Assembly (NCBI GenBank): GCA_031372065.1
Contig: JANMKN010000047.1
Location: forward strand, 1-50,267
Source: Abditibacteriaceae bacterium
GTDB taxonomy: Bacteria; Armatimonadota; Abditibacteriia; Abditibacteriales; Abditibacteriaceae
DNA: 50,267 nt
Direction: 5' to 3'
The notes below the pieces were generated by a model. The model had not been told where the DNA came from and made no database searches. It saw only the letters and a program-made list of their open reading frames with translations. Below, in pieces: positions 37,031 to 48,700 of the stretch. A program made the translations under genes and the position numbers. How positions within the stretch are numbered: the first letter of the stretch is position 1; each line of letters begins with the position of its first letter.

Positions 37031-38185
37031 ATGGCTACACGAAGAGAGATTCAGCAACGCCGCGCCAAACTGCGTGAGGCGATTTTGGGCGACTGCCGCA
37101 GCGGCACACTGGCGCCGGGCGATATGCTGCCGCCACTGCATGAGCTATCCAAAGATTACGGGCTGTCGGTGCCATTGGTCGCGCGGGTCGTGCAGGCGTT
37201 GGCCGAAGAAAAAATCGTCTATGCAGTGCCGGGAGCGGGCACGTTCGTGGGACGGCCCCGGCCCTCAGAGGCGGCGCCGTGTCTGATGATTTCTCCTTAC
37301 GCGGCGCAACAGGGAACCCCGCTCGCAGCGGTGCAGATTGGCTTTGAAGACCGCATCGCGCAGCTTGGCGGGCGTTGCATGGCGCTGGGTATTGAAACGG
37401 CGCGGCAGTGGCGGCAAAGCGGCGATTTGCCGGAGATCGCCGGACTTTTCGCGTTCGACGTGCCGGAATATGCTTCGTTGTGGGACGCCGCCGTGCCGCA
37501 GGTCGAGTTCGGCGAACTTGCGCCGGACAAGCCGCAGACCGATATGGTTTCTTTCGACAATGCCGAGGGCGGACGGCAGGCCGCGCAGCATCTTTTAAGT
37601 CTGGGGCACCGGCGCATCGCGTTTTTGGCTTTGCACGGCACGCACGACGAGGCCGGTGAGTTTCGCTGGTCTGGTGAGCGCGAAGACGGCTGGCGCGAGG
37701 CTTTGCGGCAGGTCGGAGAATCCACGGCGGGACTGGCTTTTCATCCGCCCCGCACGGCGCAGATCGCCTTTGAGGAACAGACCGCCGCCGCTCGTTTGGC
37801 GGCGGAAGCACTGGCGCAACGGCGCGACATCAGCGCGGTGGTGGCAGTTAATCAGCCGGCGATGCGCGGCTTGTTTCAGGCTTTGCGCGCGGCGGAGATT
37901 CCCGAAGCACTGTGGCCGGCGGTGGTCGGCTTTGACGGGATCAGCGTGGATGTCGCCGACCACAGCGCGGCGGCTCACGTCGTGACGGCGCTGCGCCTGC
38001 CTTGGGAACTGATCGGGCAAAGCGCGGCAGAGTTGCTCTGGGAAAGACAGCAGGGGCGATTGAGCGGCGCGGCGCAGCAGCGATGGGTGCGGATGCGCCT
38101 GATTCCGCGCCTGACTTCGCAGCACGATTGGTCGCACGCGGCAGGCACGCCGGGCTTGGCGGCGATTGTTCAATCCGTGGGATAA
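37031..38185 (+). CDS. GntR-HTH / LacI-type sugar-binding domain regulator
   Basis: PGDMLPP..EL..YGLS...GAGTFV wHTH, followed by DN..GG..AA.HL..LGHRRIA. Confidence 0.9.
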   Translation: MATRREIQQRRAKLREAILGDCRSGTLAPGDMLPPLHELSKDYGLSVPLVARVVQALAEEKIVYAVPGAGTFVGRPRPSEAAPCLMISPYAAQQGTPLAAVQIGFEDRIAQLGGRCMALGIETARQWRQSGDLPEIAGLFAFDVPEYASLWDAAVPQVEFGELAPDKPQTDMVSFDNAEGGRQAAQHLLSLGHRRIAFLALHGTHDEAGEFRWSGEREDGWREALRQVGESTAGLAFHPPRTAQIAFEEQTAAARLAAEALAQRRDISAVVAVNQPAMRGLFQALRAAEIPEALWPAVVGFDGISVDVADHSAAAHVVTALRLPWELIGQSAAELLWERQQGRLSGAAQQRWVRMRLIPRLTSQHDWSHAAGTPGLAAIVQSVG

Positions 38186-38188
38186 AAC

Positions 38189-41100
38189 ATGAAGTTTTCC
38201 ATAAACACTAACCAGAATTCCGTCCGCCTTCGCCGCTTCCGTTCAATCCGCAGCTTTGTGCCTGTCGCCGCCGTTTTGCTCGGATGGCTCGCCGGGCCTC
38301 TGGTGTGCAGCGAGGCCGAACAGGCGGCGCCAGTGGTGAAGTCCGCCGCGCCGTTTGGGTTGGCGCTCGGCCCGTTTGTCATGGACGGCAACCCCAATGA
38401 TTGGGGTCTTTTTGACAACAGCAATGGCGAGAGAGCGATTTTCAAGTCGTCAAAGACGACCTATTGGCCCAACCAGATTGGCTATCGCGCCGCGTTCACG
38501 GGCGACATTTCGATCTTTGATTCTCGCGGCAAGCCCTTCGTCAGCAGTCGGCTCGCTTATGACGCCACCAACCTTTATTGCGCGGTCATCGTCGAGGGTG
38601 CGCCTTTGAAGAACAACAGTTCGTCGCCGCAGGAGCTACTTTATGGCGGCGATGCCATCGGCATTTGCGTCGGGCCGAGCGGCGGCAAAGGCACCAATCA
38701 GCGTTTCATCTGCGGGCTGTATGCGGGCAGGCCGACGGTGGTGGCGATGCGGGAAACATGGCCGGAAGCCAAGCCCTACACCTACTTCACCGAGGCGTCG
38801 GGCAAGTTCACGCTGCCGTTCGTCGCGCCTGTGCCGGCGGCTCAGTGCGGTTTTTCGCCGTTGCCAGCCGATTTAAAAATTCTGGGTTATTTCGCCGAAA
38901 TCGCCATTCCGTGGAAAGAGATCGGCTACACGCCCGCCGATGGCGCTTCCTTCCCGTTCGATTTGCAGGTCATCCGTGCCAATCCGTCGGGCACGGGCAT
39001 CGCGGACACGGCGTGGTGGCACAGCACGGGGAGCGGGCCGCTGGCGATTTACGATCTGCCGACGTTTGCGCGGCTTTACCCGAAGGCGTGGGGCACCGCG
39101 ACGCTTTTCGCCAAAGACCCGCTCACGCATACGCCGGCACCGCCGAAGGTCGGCGAGCAGGAGATATTCACGGGGCCGGGGGAAGCGATTGCTTTCACTT
39201 TGCCACGCGACGCGCGGGCCAGCCTGATTATCAGGCGCGACGACGGCTGGGTCGTGCGCGAATTGCTGCGCGCGAGGCCGATGGCGAAGGGTGAACACAC
39301 CGTTTATTGGGACGGCAAAGACCGCGACGGGCGATTGATGCCGCCGGGCAAATACACCGCGCGGCTCGGTTATTTCGACGGCATCCGCTCGGTTCTCGCG
39401 GGCAGCGCGGGCAGTTCGGCCACGCCGCCTTACGTCACCGAGAATGGGTTGGGCGGCATCGGCGGAATGCACAATGGGCCGTGGGGCATCGGCGCGGACG
39501 CGGGCGGGATTTATCTGCTCAATTCCGGCGAGGAAAACTTCCCGTGCATCTCCAAAATAGACGTGAGCGGCAAGACTCTGTGGAAGGTCAGCGCCGGTGT
39601 GTTCGGCGGTGGACGCGCGGTCGCCTCGGACGGGACGACGGCGTTCATCATCTTGCACAATGGCACCCTGCTCGCGGTGGACGCCAAAACCGGCGCACGG
39701 GTGATGGCGTTCGGTGACAAAGACGCTCTCGGACTGGGCGCAATCTACGACGATAAAAACCCGCAAGTCTCGCTGTTGACGTTTGGCGAGGGGCTTGCGT
39801 TGGTCGGAAAGTCGCTTTTCTACAACACCAATGCGAAGCAGGCGATTGGGCGCGTGGACATTGCCACCGGCGCGATTGATGCCGACGCCATCCCGCTGGA
39901 CGGCTACGCTTCCAGCCTGTGCGCGCTCGATGATAAACGGATGCTGACCTGCATCGCCGGGCGCGTGGTGGAAGTGGACATCGCCGCTAAAAAGGTCAAG
40001 CCCTTCATCACCACCGACCTCGTTCACGCTTACGCCGTCACGCGCGACGCCAAAGGCACGCTCTACGTTTCGGATAACGGGCTGGGCGTGGATCAAATCA
40101 AGAAATTCAGTCCTGACGGGAAGCTGCTCGCAACCTTCGGCGTGAAAGGCGGCACCGATCCAACGCACATCGGCGCGCCGACCACGCAGGTCTATGATCC
40201 GATGAGGTTCGGCAACGTCGCCGGTCTTGCCATCGCCCCGGACGGCCTGCTGTGGGGAGTCTGCAAGGCGATGGCGCCGCGCCGCTACTTCGCGCTGACC
40301 TCCGAGGGAAAATGGGTGCGCGATTTCTTTGGCCCGCCACGCTCGCCGGCAGTCGGCTTCGATCAAGACGATCTCAGCCGAATCTACTACAGCGCCAACG
40401 GCTGGGATCCGTGCTGGGTGCAGGCGAAGCTCGATTTCGCAAGCTACGCGAAAGACAAGACCGACTCGCTCCACGGCTGGAAAACCGAGGCGCTGCACCT
40501 ACTGTCGCAGAATGGCCGCGACTACTCGGCTTCGCCCGACTTGTTCAACGACAAAATCACCTCGACCGGCCTCAATCGTATGCAGGTTCTCACCTACGGC
40601 GGGGCCGATCCGAACGGCAAAGGCCGCCGCTACATATTTCAGCCCGGCGCTCCGCTCTGCGGCATCAGGACATGGAACGCCAAAGAGGGCATTTGGAAGT
40701 CGGCTGCCGCGATCAATGGCCGCCAGTTTGAAACCGGCGATGTGCCGTCATGGTATGACCGCAATGGCGACGGCCTCGTGCAGCCGCAGGAGATGGTCGC
40801 CAGCACGATGGGCACCAACTGGTATTGGATGGACAAAAATCTGACGCTCTGGGGTCGCCAAGGCTCGATGCCGGTTGCGTCCATTGACGCCAACGGCGTG
40901 CCGTTTTACGACGAGAAGAAATTCCGCTATTACGTGGCTCCCGATCAGCCGCCGCTGCACTTTCTCGGCAACTCCGACGCGCAAAATACGCTCGGCAAAG
41001 CGATGCCGGGCGAGAACGGCGCGGTTTACGCTTACCTCAATCTCGGCCCCGGCGGAGCCGATGGTTTCCATGACCATTCGCGGGATAATCTGTGCGTCCG

Positions 41101-43234
41101 CATCGTCAACGGGCGCATCGAGTGGATCGTCGGCCACCACGACGGCAAGGCGCGCACCGACGGCAGTGTCGTGACAGAATATACGGGCATTGCCGGCGAA
41201 GTGGACGGCGTGGTGCTGCTGGCCGAATGGTCTGCGACTTTCGAGGCTTACAGTTCCGACGGCCTGACGCTGGGCTGGGTCAACCAGATGTCGCGCTATC
41301 AGGACAACTCGCTTTCCGGCGAAAACTACGCGCCCGGCACCTTTATGAAAGACCCGGTCACGGGCAAACGCCTGCTCATCGCCACTTCCGATCTGGATGT
41401 GCGCGTGCTCGAAGTCAGCGGGGTTTTCGGCAAGGACATCACCCGCGTGGATATGCCGGTGGTTTTGAAATCCGCCACGCCGAACGCCATTCAACTCAAA
41501 AAGCACGTCGAAATTCCGGCCAGCACGTGGGGCTTCACCGGCGATCCGCGCGGCACCCAGCGCGAGACCAGCGATTACCACTGGCAGCGTAACGTGCCGG
41601 AAATCGGCGTGCCCAATCAGCAGCCGATGCAGGCGACGATTCGGCTGCGCCGCGATGGTGGCCAACTCTGCGTCTTCGCCAATGTGCTCGATCCTAATCC
41701 GTTTCCCAAAGTCGCCGCCGTAGTCAACGGAAAGCTCGGCGGGCAGACCGGCATCGAATTGGATTTCGGCCCGGCGGCTCCGGTGCGCCGAACTGCGCCG
41801 ATGGCGGGCGACACGCGCTTTTTCCTCTCGGTGCAAGAAGGGCCGGCTATGGGCGAAGGCGGACGTTATAGAGGCCGTGCCTTGATGTGCCGTCCCGCGT
41901 CCGCGCCGCTCGAGCCGACGCCATTCATGCGCCCGTTGGTCAGTTCGCCGCTCGGCGACGCCAGCGACGGCCCGCTGGGAGCCTTCGGCGGAGCCGCGCC
42001 CACAGCGCCGCTCGATTCCCGCGCCGGTTTGGTGGCGGCGCCCGGTTCGTGGGTCGTCGCGCGCAGGCGGCCCGACGGATTGGGCTACATTTTGCAGGCG
42101 GAAATCCCCCTCGCCCTGCTGCCTGAGATCACGGCAATCACCGACGTTTCTTATCAGCGCAAGGGCGATATTACGTCCGACGTTCGCCCCGATCTCGTCG
42201 GCCCGTTTCGCTTCAACGCCGCCATCTGGCGCGTCGCTGAGGGCGGCGCCACGCGCACTGCGTGGGTTGAGGACGGCTTCACCGGCACCGACGCCACCCG
42301 CATGAATCCGGCTGCGTGGGGTTCCGCCAACGGTGAAATCCCCGCCAAGTCAACCGTCCGCATGAGTTCGCCACAGTCCGGCGCGCTCCTCCCTGTCGGC
42401 GGCAATGTCGGAATTGTCGCCACCGGCTTCGATCTCGACCGCGAACTCACTTCCCTTGAAGCCTACGACGGCACGAAATTAATCGGAAAAGCGGCGGGCA
42501 GCGTCGGCACCATCGTCTGGTCGCCGGAAACGCTGGGCGTTCGCACAGTGACCGTGAAAGCGATGGTTGATCAGCAGGAAATGGCCTCGACTACGGTGAG
42601 CGTCACCGTCGCGGCGGCACCGGCGAAGCCAATCGTAACCGTCAAAGCGGAGAACGCGGCGGTCACGCTGTCGTGGCCGCCCGACAAGGCGGCGCAGAGC
42701 TACACCGTCGTCCGCGCGCATTACGGCGAGCGCGCCGATCAGGGCGCTGCGGTGGCCGATAAACTCGCCGCTACGACCTATCGTGATACCGGTCTTGATA
42801 ACGGCTCCACCTATCAATATTACGTCGTCGCTCGCGGTGAACAGATAGACACGGCATCGGACGGCGCCTTCGCCACGCCGACCGACGGCAAGCAGTTGAA
42901 TAGCGCGACATGGATCGCCCAAAAAGTCCCTGCCACGATGACCGCTGGCAAAACTTACCCGGTCAGCATCACGTTCCTCAACACCGGCACGGCCACATGG
43001 TCGGCAGCCGAGCAATACTTTCTCGGTGCCCAGACCCCGGAAAACAATCAGATATGGGGCATGAGCCGTGTCCCGCTGGCTGCGAATGTCCCTCCCGGAC
43101 AGCAGGCGACTTTTACCTTTTTGGTGACCGCGCCCGCCCCCGGCAAGCACATCCTCCAATGGCGGCTCTTGCGCGAAGGCGTCGCGTGGTTCGGCGACTA
43201 CACGCCAGAAATCGGCGTGACGGTGACGCCGTAA
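38189..43234 (+). CDS. Giant exported protein: CBM9/DOMON-like, FlgD-Ig, beta-propeller, CBM9-like, Ig, FN3, NBR1-Ig-like
   Basis: VYWDGKDRDGRLMPPGKY (FlgD-Ig), NHL-like repeats, WYDRNGDG, YRDTGLDNGSTYQYYV (FN3), FLNTGTATW...WFG. Confidence 0.75.
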   Translation: MKFSINTNQNSVRLRRFRSIRSFVPVAAVLLGWLAGPLVCSEAEQAAPVVKSAAPFGLALGPFVMDGNPNDWGLFDNSNGERAIFKSSKTTYWPNQIGYRAAFTGDISIFDSRGKPFVSSRLAYDATNLYCAVIVEGAPLKNNSSSPQELLYGGDAIGICVGPSGGKGTNQRFICGLYAGRPTVVAMRETWPEAKPYTYFTEASGKFTLPFVAPVPAAQCGFSPLPADLKILGYFAEIAIPWKEIGYTPADGASFPFDLQVIRANPSGTGIADTAWWHSTGSGPLAIYDLPTFARLYPKAWGTATLFAKDPLTHTPAPPKVGEQEIFTGPGEAIAFTLPRDARASLIIRRDDGWVVRELLRARPMAKGEHTVYWDGKDRDGRLMPPGKYTARLGYFDGIRSVLAGSAGSSATPPYVTENGLGGIGGMHNGPWGIGADAGGIYLLNSGEENFPCISKIDVSGKTLWKVSAGVFGGGRAVASDGTTAFIILHNGTLLAVDAKTGARVMAFGDKDALGLGAIYDDKNPQVSLLTFGEGLALVGKSLFYNTNAKQAIGRVDIATGAIDADAIPLDGYASSLCALDDKRMLTCIAGRVVEVDIAAKKVKPFITTDLVHAYAVTRDAKGTLYVSDNGLGVDQIKKFSPDGKLLATFGVKGGTDPTHIGAPTTQVYDPMRFGNVAGLAIAPDGLLWGVCKAMAPRRYFALTSEGKWVRDFFGPPRSPAVGFDQDDLSRIYYSANGWDPCWVQAKLDFASYAKDKTDSLHGWKTEALHLLSQNGRDYSASPDLFNDKITSTGLNRMQVLTYGGADPNGKGRRYIFQPGAPLCGIRTWNAKEGIWKSAAAINGRQFETGDVPSWYDRNGDGLVQPQEMVASTMGTNWYWMDKNLTLWGRQGSMPVASIDANGVPFYDEKKFRYYVAPDQPPLHFLGNSDAQNTLGKAMPGENGAVYAYLNLGPGGADGFHDHSRDNLCVRIVNGRIEWIVGHHDGKARTDGSVVTEYTGIAGEVDGVVLLAEWSATFEAYSSDGLTLGWVNQMSRYQDNSLSGENYAPGTFMKDPVTGKRLLIATSDLDVRVLEVSGVFGKDITRVDMPVVLKSATPNAIQLKKHVEIPASTWGFTGDPRGTQRETSDYHWQRNVPEIGVPNQQPMQATIRLRRDGGQLCVFANVLDPNPFPKVAAVVNGKLGGQTGIELDFGPAAPVRRTAPMAGDTRFFLSVQEGPAMGEGGRYRGRALMCRPASAPLEPTPFMRPLVSSPLGDASDGPLGAFGGAAPTAPLDSRAGLVAAPGSWVVARRRPDGLGYILQAEIPLALLPEITAITDVSYQRKGDITSDVRPDLVGPFRFNAAIWRVAEGGATRTAWVEDGFTGTDATRMNPAAWGSANGEIPAKSTVRMSSPQSGALLPVGGNVGIVATGFDLDRELTSLEAYDGTKLIGKAAGSVGTIVWSPETLGVRTVTVKAMVDQQEMASTTVSVTVAAAPAKPIVTVKAENAAVTLSWPPDKAAQSYTVVRAHYGERADQGAAVADKLAATTYRDTGLDNGSTYQYYVVARGEQIDTASDGAFATPTDGKQLNSATWIAQKVPATMTAGKTYPVSITFLNTGTATWSAAEQYFLGAQTPENNQIWGMSRVPLAANVPPGQQATFTFLVTAPAPGKHILQWRLLREGVAWFGDYTPEIGVTVTP

Positions 43235-43274
43235 CGACCGCGGAGACTTTGAGAAGACCGGAAATTGGATTTTT

Positions 43275-44549
43275 ATGCGACGATTATTGATGCTGGTCTG
43301 CTGCCTCATCCTTATGAATGCCATGACGAGCCACGCTGGCACGCCGAGTTTTCAGGATTTCGACCGCCGTGCGCGAAACGGCGAGCGTTTGAACGTGGTG
43401 TTTTTCGGTGCTTCGCTGACGTGGGGCGCCAACGCCAGCGACCCGAATCTGACCTCGTATCGCGCGCTCGTCGGAGCGCGACTGGAAAAAGCGTATCCCA
43501 AAGCGCGCTTCAAATTCTGGGACGCGGCGATTGGCGGCACCGGCTCGCAGCTTGGCGTCTTCCGTTTCGAGCGCAACGTGCTGCGCCGCAAGCCCGACCT
43601 GGTTTTTCTCGATTTTTCGGCCAACGACGACATCAATTCGGACAATCCCGAAACCTTAGCCTCTTACGAATCGCTGGTGCGGCGCGCGATTTTGCAGGCG
43701 CACGCGCCCGTCGTGCAGGTGATTTTGCCTTTCATGTGGAACGTCGCGGCGGGCAAAACCGACGGCATGAAGCGCCGCGACGCGCACCTGAAAATCGCGC
43801 GTTTCTACAACACCGCCGCTGGCGACGCCATCGCGCTCGGCCTTCAGCGCGTGCAAAGCGGCGCTCTGACTCTGCCGCAAATCTGGCCTCTGGACGGCGT
43901 GCATCCCGGCGACAAAGGCTACGCGATGTTCGCCGACGCGGTTTTTGCCGCCTATCAAAGCGCGGTGCGAAAAAAGACGGTCTGCCGCGCGCCGCGTGGG
44001 ATGCTTTATGACGACACTTACATGACCAGTGCGCGCGTTCGCATTTCCAGCTTGGGCGCCCTGCCGGAAGGCTGGCGCGCGGGCGTCCCGAACCGCGTTT
44101 CGGCTTATTTCGATTTTCTGATGTCGCGCTGGCTGGACGACGAAGTCATTGCCTCGAATCGCCGCGAAGTGACCGCCGACGACGGCAAAAAATCGAAAGT
44201 GCCGCAGGAAGTTGGACGTTTGAAAGCAAAGTTTCGCGGGCGCATGGTGATGTTGCTCGGCGAAGCCACGCAGCAGTCGGGCCGGTATCGCGTTTATCTC
44301 GACGGCAAGCAAGTAGAGCGAAAAGACGGCGACAAGACGCTGACGGAGTTCGACCCCGGCGCTTTCGCCAACATGATTAAAGGCAACGGCCATCACGCGC
44401 AGGTCATCGCCGAGAATCTGGACTCAAATATCGAACACACGCTGGAAATCGAGCCGGTTTTCGCCGCCGATGTCGAGCAGGAGTTGCGACTGGAAAGCAT
44501 TTGTGTTGCGGGCGGGGCGGCTACGGTATCGCTGCAAAACAAGGATTGA
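43275..44549 (+). CDS. SGNH/GDSL hydrolase family, exported
   Basis: FFGASLT, IGGTGS, F.AND, DGVHP blocks; signal peptide. Confidence 0.88.
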   Translation: MRRLLMLVCCLILMNAMTSHAGTPSFQDFDRRARNGERLNVVFFGASLTWGANASDPNLTSYRALVGARLEKAYPKARFKFWDAAIGGTGSQLGVFRFERNVLRRKPDLVFLDFSANDDINSDNPETLASYESLVRRAILQAHAPVVQVILPFMWNVAAGKTDGMKRRDAHLKIARFYNTAAGDAIALGLQRVQSGALTLPQIWPLDGVHPGDKGYAMFADAVFAAYQSAVRKKTVCRAPRGMLYDDTYMTSARVRISSLGALPEGWRAGVPNRVSAYFDFLMSRWLDDEVIASNRREVTADDGKKSKVPQEVGRLKAKFRGRMVMLLGEATQQSGRYRVYLDGKQVERKDGDKTLTEFDPGAFANMIKGNGHHAQVIAENLDSNIEHTLEIEPVFAADVEQELRLESICVAGGAATVSLQNKD

Positions 44550-44576
44550 CCCATGAAAAAATTACTCGCCTTTTGG
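44533..44576 (+). repeat. 44-bp direct repeat, copy 1 (SGNH 3' end plus orphan ATG start)
   Basis: 39/44 identical to 45698-45741. Confidence 0.85.
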
Positions 44577-44662
44577 CGATTTCACGCCCAATGTGGCGGT
44601 CGTGGTCAATTGAGCGGACAAAGACTGCGGCATAACGCACCCGAACAAAAGATGGAAAACCA

Positions 44663-45682
44663 ATGAGTCTTGAAAAAGTAAAATGCGGCGTTGTTGGGCT
44701 GGGAATTGGCGCGGTTCACGTCGCGTCGCTGGCGCGCATTCCCGACGCGCAGATTGTCGCCGTAGCCGATTTAGATGTGGCGCGCGCGCAAAAAACCGCC
44801 GCTGAACACGGCGCGCACGCTTACTCGGATTGGCGCGCCATGCTCGACGGCGAACCTGAACTCGACGCCGTCATTTTAGCCACGCCCGCGAAAATTCGCC
44901 GTGAGCCGATTGAAGCGATTGGTGCGCGTGGTCTGGCGCTGTTTTGCGAAAAGCCGCCCGCTGTGGATTTGAAAGAAGCACTCGAAATCAGCGTTATCAT
45001 CACGGCAGCGAACATCTTGAATACCGTCGGCTTTATGTATCGCTGGTCGCCTCTCGCCGACATCCTGCGCGAAGCGGTGAGGAATCGCCCGCGATTGTTC
45101 GCGCGCGGCGTGGTGGCATGGCCGGTGTTCGATTGGGTCGTCAAAGGTTACGCGCCGAAAAATCTGTTTTCCAAAGCCGCGTGCGGCGGGCCTTTAATCG
45201 AGCAGGCCATTCACTTTCAGGATGTGCTGCGCTACGTCACCGGCGACGAGCCGCAAAGCGTGCAAGCCATCGCCGAACTGGGCGCCATTTATCCGCGCGA
45301 GGGCCGCGACTGCGAAGAAACGACGGCCTATGCGCTCCGCCACGAATCGGGAATGCTTTCGACGCACCTTCACAACTGGTCGCACCAAGGAACGCTTTTG
45401 CAGCTTCAAGTCGTGGGTGAAGAGTTCGATTTGACGTGGAGCCTGGCCGAGCCGGAGATGCGTCTGACCGGAACCTTAGATGGCCGTGTGATAGATGAAC
45501 TCTCCAGTGCAAATTGCCACTTCGAGGAAATGGACGGCTTCGTCAACGCGGTAAAACAGGGCCGGCAGGATTTATTGCGCTCGCCCTACGCCGACGCCTG
45601 CCGCAGCATGGCGGTTTGCGAAGCCGCGACCAACGCCGTCGCCTCCGGCACTGCCGTGAGGATTCTCGACCTATCTTCCTAA
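44663..45682 (+). CDS. Gfo/Idh/MocA family oxidoreductase
   Basis: GVVGLGIG Rossmann motif, CEKP, GGPLIEQAIHFQD. Confidence 0.92.
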   Translation: MSLEKVKCGVVGLGIGAVHVASLARIPDAQIVAVADLDVARAQKTAAEHGAHAYSDWRAMLDGEPELDAVILATPAKIRREPIEAIGARGLALFCEKPPAVDLKEALEISVIITAANILNTVGFMYRWSPLADILREAVRNRPRLFARGVVAWPVFDWVVKGYAPKNLFSKAACGGPLIEQAIHFQDVLRYVTGDEPQSVQAIAELGAIYPREGRDCEETTAYALRHESGMLSTHLHNWSHQGTLLQLQVVGEEFDLTWSLAEPEMRLTGTLDGRVIDELSSANCHFEEMDGFVNAVKQGRQDLLRSPYADACRSMAVCEAATNAVASGTAVRILDLSS

Positions 45683-45697
45683 TCGGAACGAAGTCAT

Positions 45698-45741
45698 TGC
45701 AAAATTAGGACTGAACCATGAAAAAATTACTCGCCGTTTGG
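45698..45741 (+). repeat. 44-bp direct repeat, copy 2
   Basis: Spans the RBS and start of the 1272-aa gene. Confidence 0.85.
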
Positions 45742-48700
45742 TTATTGATGTTTAGCCTGTCCACCGTAGTTTGGGCGACGCAGACCGAAAACAACGGGAT
45801 TCGGATTCTACCCGCGTCGGGGCCGGTCGTCGTGGACGGCAAGGCCAACGATTGGGATTTGTCGGGCGGAATTTTCATTTGCGACAGCGTCGAAACCCAG
45901 CGCGATCAATACGCCGTCTGGCTGCACGTCATGCACGACGCGAAGAACCTCTATGTTCTGGCGCGTTTTTTGGATCAGACGCCGCTCAATAATCCCGGAC
46001 AGACGATTGCCGATTACGGCTTTGCCGGCGACAGCTTGCAAATGCGTTTCATCACCGCGCCCGGCGCTCCAAACGAGCGCACCGCGCATCTCACGGCCTG
46101 GCAAGGCCGCGACGGGCGCGATGTGATGGATATCGCCTACGGCAAAAAGTTCGACGAAGGCGGCCTTAAGGACGCTAAGGCGCAAGGCGCTCAACAGGCC
46201 TTCCAGAAAGATGTTGGAAAAGGCTACACCCAAGAGATCGCCCTGCCGTGGAAACTGCTCACCAAAGACGGCCAGCCGCCGCGCGCCGGTGAGCGCATGG
46301 CGCTGACTGTCGAACCGAATTTCACCGTCGTCGCCAACGGGCGCATGACCATCAAGGACATTTTCAAGCCCGGCATCACGCCCGACCGCGTGTTTACTTT
46401 CATGTCGTCCCCGTCGTGGGGGCCGGCCACTCTGGAAGCCAAAGGCCAGGTCGCACCGCAGCCGGTGCGCCTATCCGATGCGCGCGAGTTTCCTGTGAAT
46501 TTGCAGAACGGCATCCCGGTTGTGGACTGGACGGGCCTCATCAAAAGCAAGGAAATGCCCGGCTTCAAAAGCATCGGCTTCACCATGCCGCAGGATGGCT
46601 ACATCTCGCTGCACATCAAAAACGCGCAGGGCCAGGTCGTGCGTCAACTACTCAATGCAGCGTTCTACGCCAAAGGCGCGCACGAAGTGAAATGGGACGG
46701 TCTGACCACGCCGAATTGGAACGTGCCGGGCCAGCCGGTGCCGCCGGGCGATTACGTCTGGAGTGCGCTTTCCCACGCCGGCATCGGTTTAAAGCTGCGC
46801 GGCTGGGCGGCCAACGGCGGCGCGGCGCCCTGGGACAGCGGCCCCGGCACCAACTGGGGCGGCGATCACGGCGTCCCTTCCGCCGTCGCCACCGATGACA
46901 AACAGGTTTATCTCGGCTGGTCGGGCGCCGAAGCCGGTAAGGCGGTAGTGGCTTGCGATTTACAGGGCAAAGTTTTGTGGAACAACAATCGCGCGGGCAT
47001 TTCCGGTGTCAAGGCGCTGGCCTCCGACAGCGGCGTGGTTTACGTTTTAGGCGGCGCCTCCGGCCCGGCGGCGGAAGGCGGCGCGCTGTATAAGTTGGAT
47101 GCCAAAACCGGCGCCTACCTACCGTGGGACAAGAGCGGCGAGGCCGATCTCATCGTCAAAAACCTGTGGCCCGACAAACCCAACGCCGCCGGGAAAGCCG
47201 ACGCAATAGCGTCATCGCACAACACGCTGTTTCTCAGCTACGCCCATAAAAATGCGATTCAGGTGCTGGAAGCATCGAACGGCCAGGCGCTTCGCACTAT
47301 TTCCGTCCCCGCGCCGGGCGCCATTGCCGATGGCACGGTAAATTATCACGGCCCAATCGGTGGTCGCTTGCCCGTCCTGATTTACGTCCTGTCCGGCGGA
47401 ACGAAAGTGTTGGCTCTCAATCCATGGGGCGGCGAACCCAAGACCATCGTTGATGGGCTGGCCAACGCCACGAGCCTCGCGGTGGGCAAGGACGGCAAAA
47501 TCTACGTCGGCGGGCGCGAGCCGGACAATCAGGTGAAGGTGTTCGATGCTGAGGGAAAACCCGTCAGCGCCATCGGGCGCAAAGGCGGGCGCGCTTTGCT
47601 CGGCGCGTGGACGCCGGACGGCATGGCGTTTATCCAGAGCTTATCGCTTGACGCCGACGGCAAATTATGGGTGGCCGAAGCCGACGGTTTTCCCAAGCGC
47701 GTCAGCGCCTGGGACGCCGCAACAGGCAAGCTGGTTAAAGAGTTTTTCGGCCCGTCAAGTTACGGCGCCCTCGGCGGTGCGATCAATCCGCTCGACCCGA
47801 ATCTGATGGTTGGACAGGGCTGCGAATGGCGGCTCGACCCGCAGACCGGCAAGGCGATTTGTCTGGGCGTCATCACGCGCGACGGCATGGAAAATTCGCG
47901 CTTCGGCATGGGCGCCAACGGCAAGCTGTATCTCGCGGTGGCGTCGAAATGGGCGTTTGAGGCGGGGCCGGTCAACATCTTCGAGCGCGTCGGCGACGCC
48001 GATTACAAGCTGCGCGCCGGGTTCAGCTACGAAGGCAAAGACAACACCAAAACGCTTTACTGGGCCGACGAAAACGGCGACGGAAAGCCGCAGCCAAACG
48101 AAGTCACGACAGTGCCCGGCGCTTTGCGCGTAAGTGGTTGGTATATGGCGATGGCGCCCGATTTGACGCTGTCCGCCGGCGATAATTTGCTGAAAGTCAC
48201 GGGCTTTACGGCTACCGGAGCGCCGAAATACGACCTGGCGAATCCGATCAAAATGCCGGCCACCGGCATGACTTCGGCCGACGACAAGTTGGTGTTGCAC
48301 GGCGGCGACTACGGCGTGGATCACAGTTGGTTCACCGCAATGGATATCGCATCCGGCAAAGTGGCATGGACATATCCCGACACTTTTGTGGGTGTTCACG
48401 GCTCGCACAACGCGCCGCCGCCCGAAACCGGCCTGATTCGGGGCTCTTATGGAGTGACAGGAGTGGCGCAGTTGCCGGCGCCCATCGGCAATATCTGGAT
48501 GATTCCCACCAACGTCGGCGAGTGGCACGTCCTGACCGGCGACGGCTTTTATCTGACGCGCTTATTTCAGCCCGACCCTTTGAAAATCAAGTTCCCCGAA
48601 CAGGCCGTGCCGGGCGCCGATATGAGCGACACGCCGCCGGGCATGGGCGGCGAGGATTTCGGCGGCTCGGTCACGCTTGGCAAGGACGGCAAACTTTATC

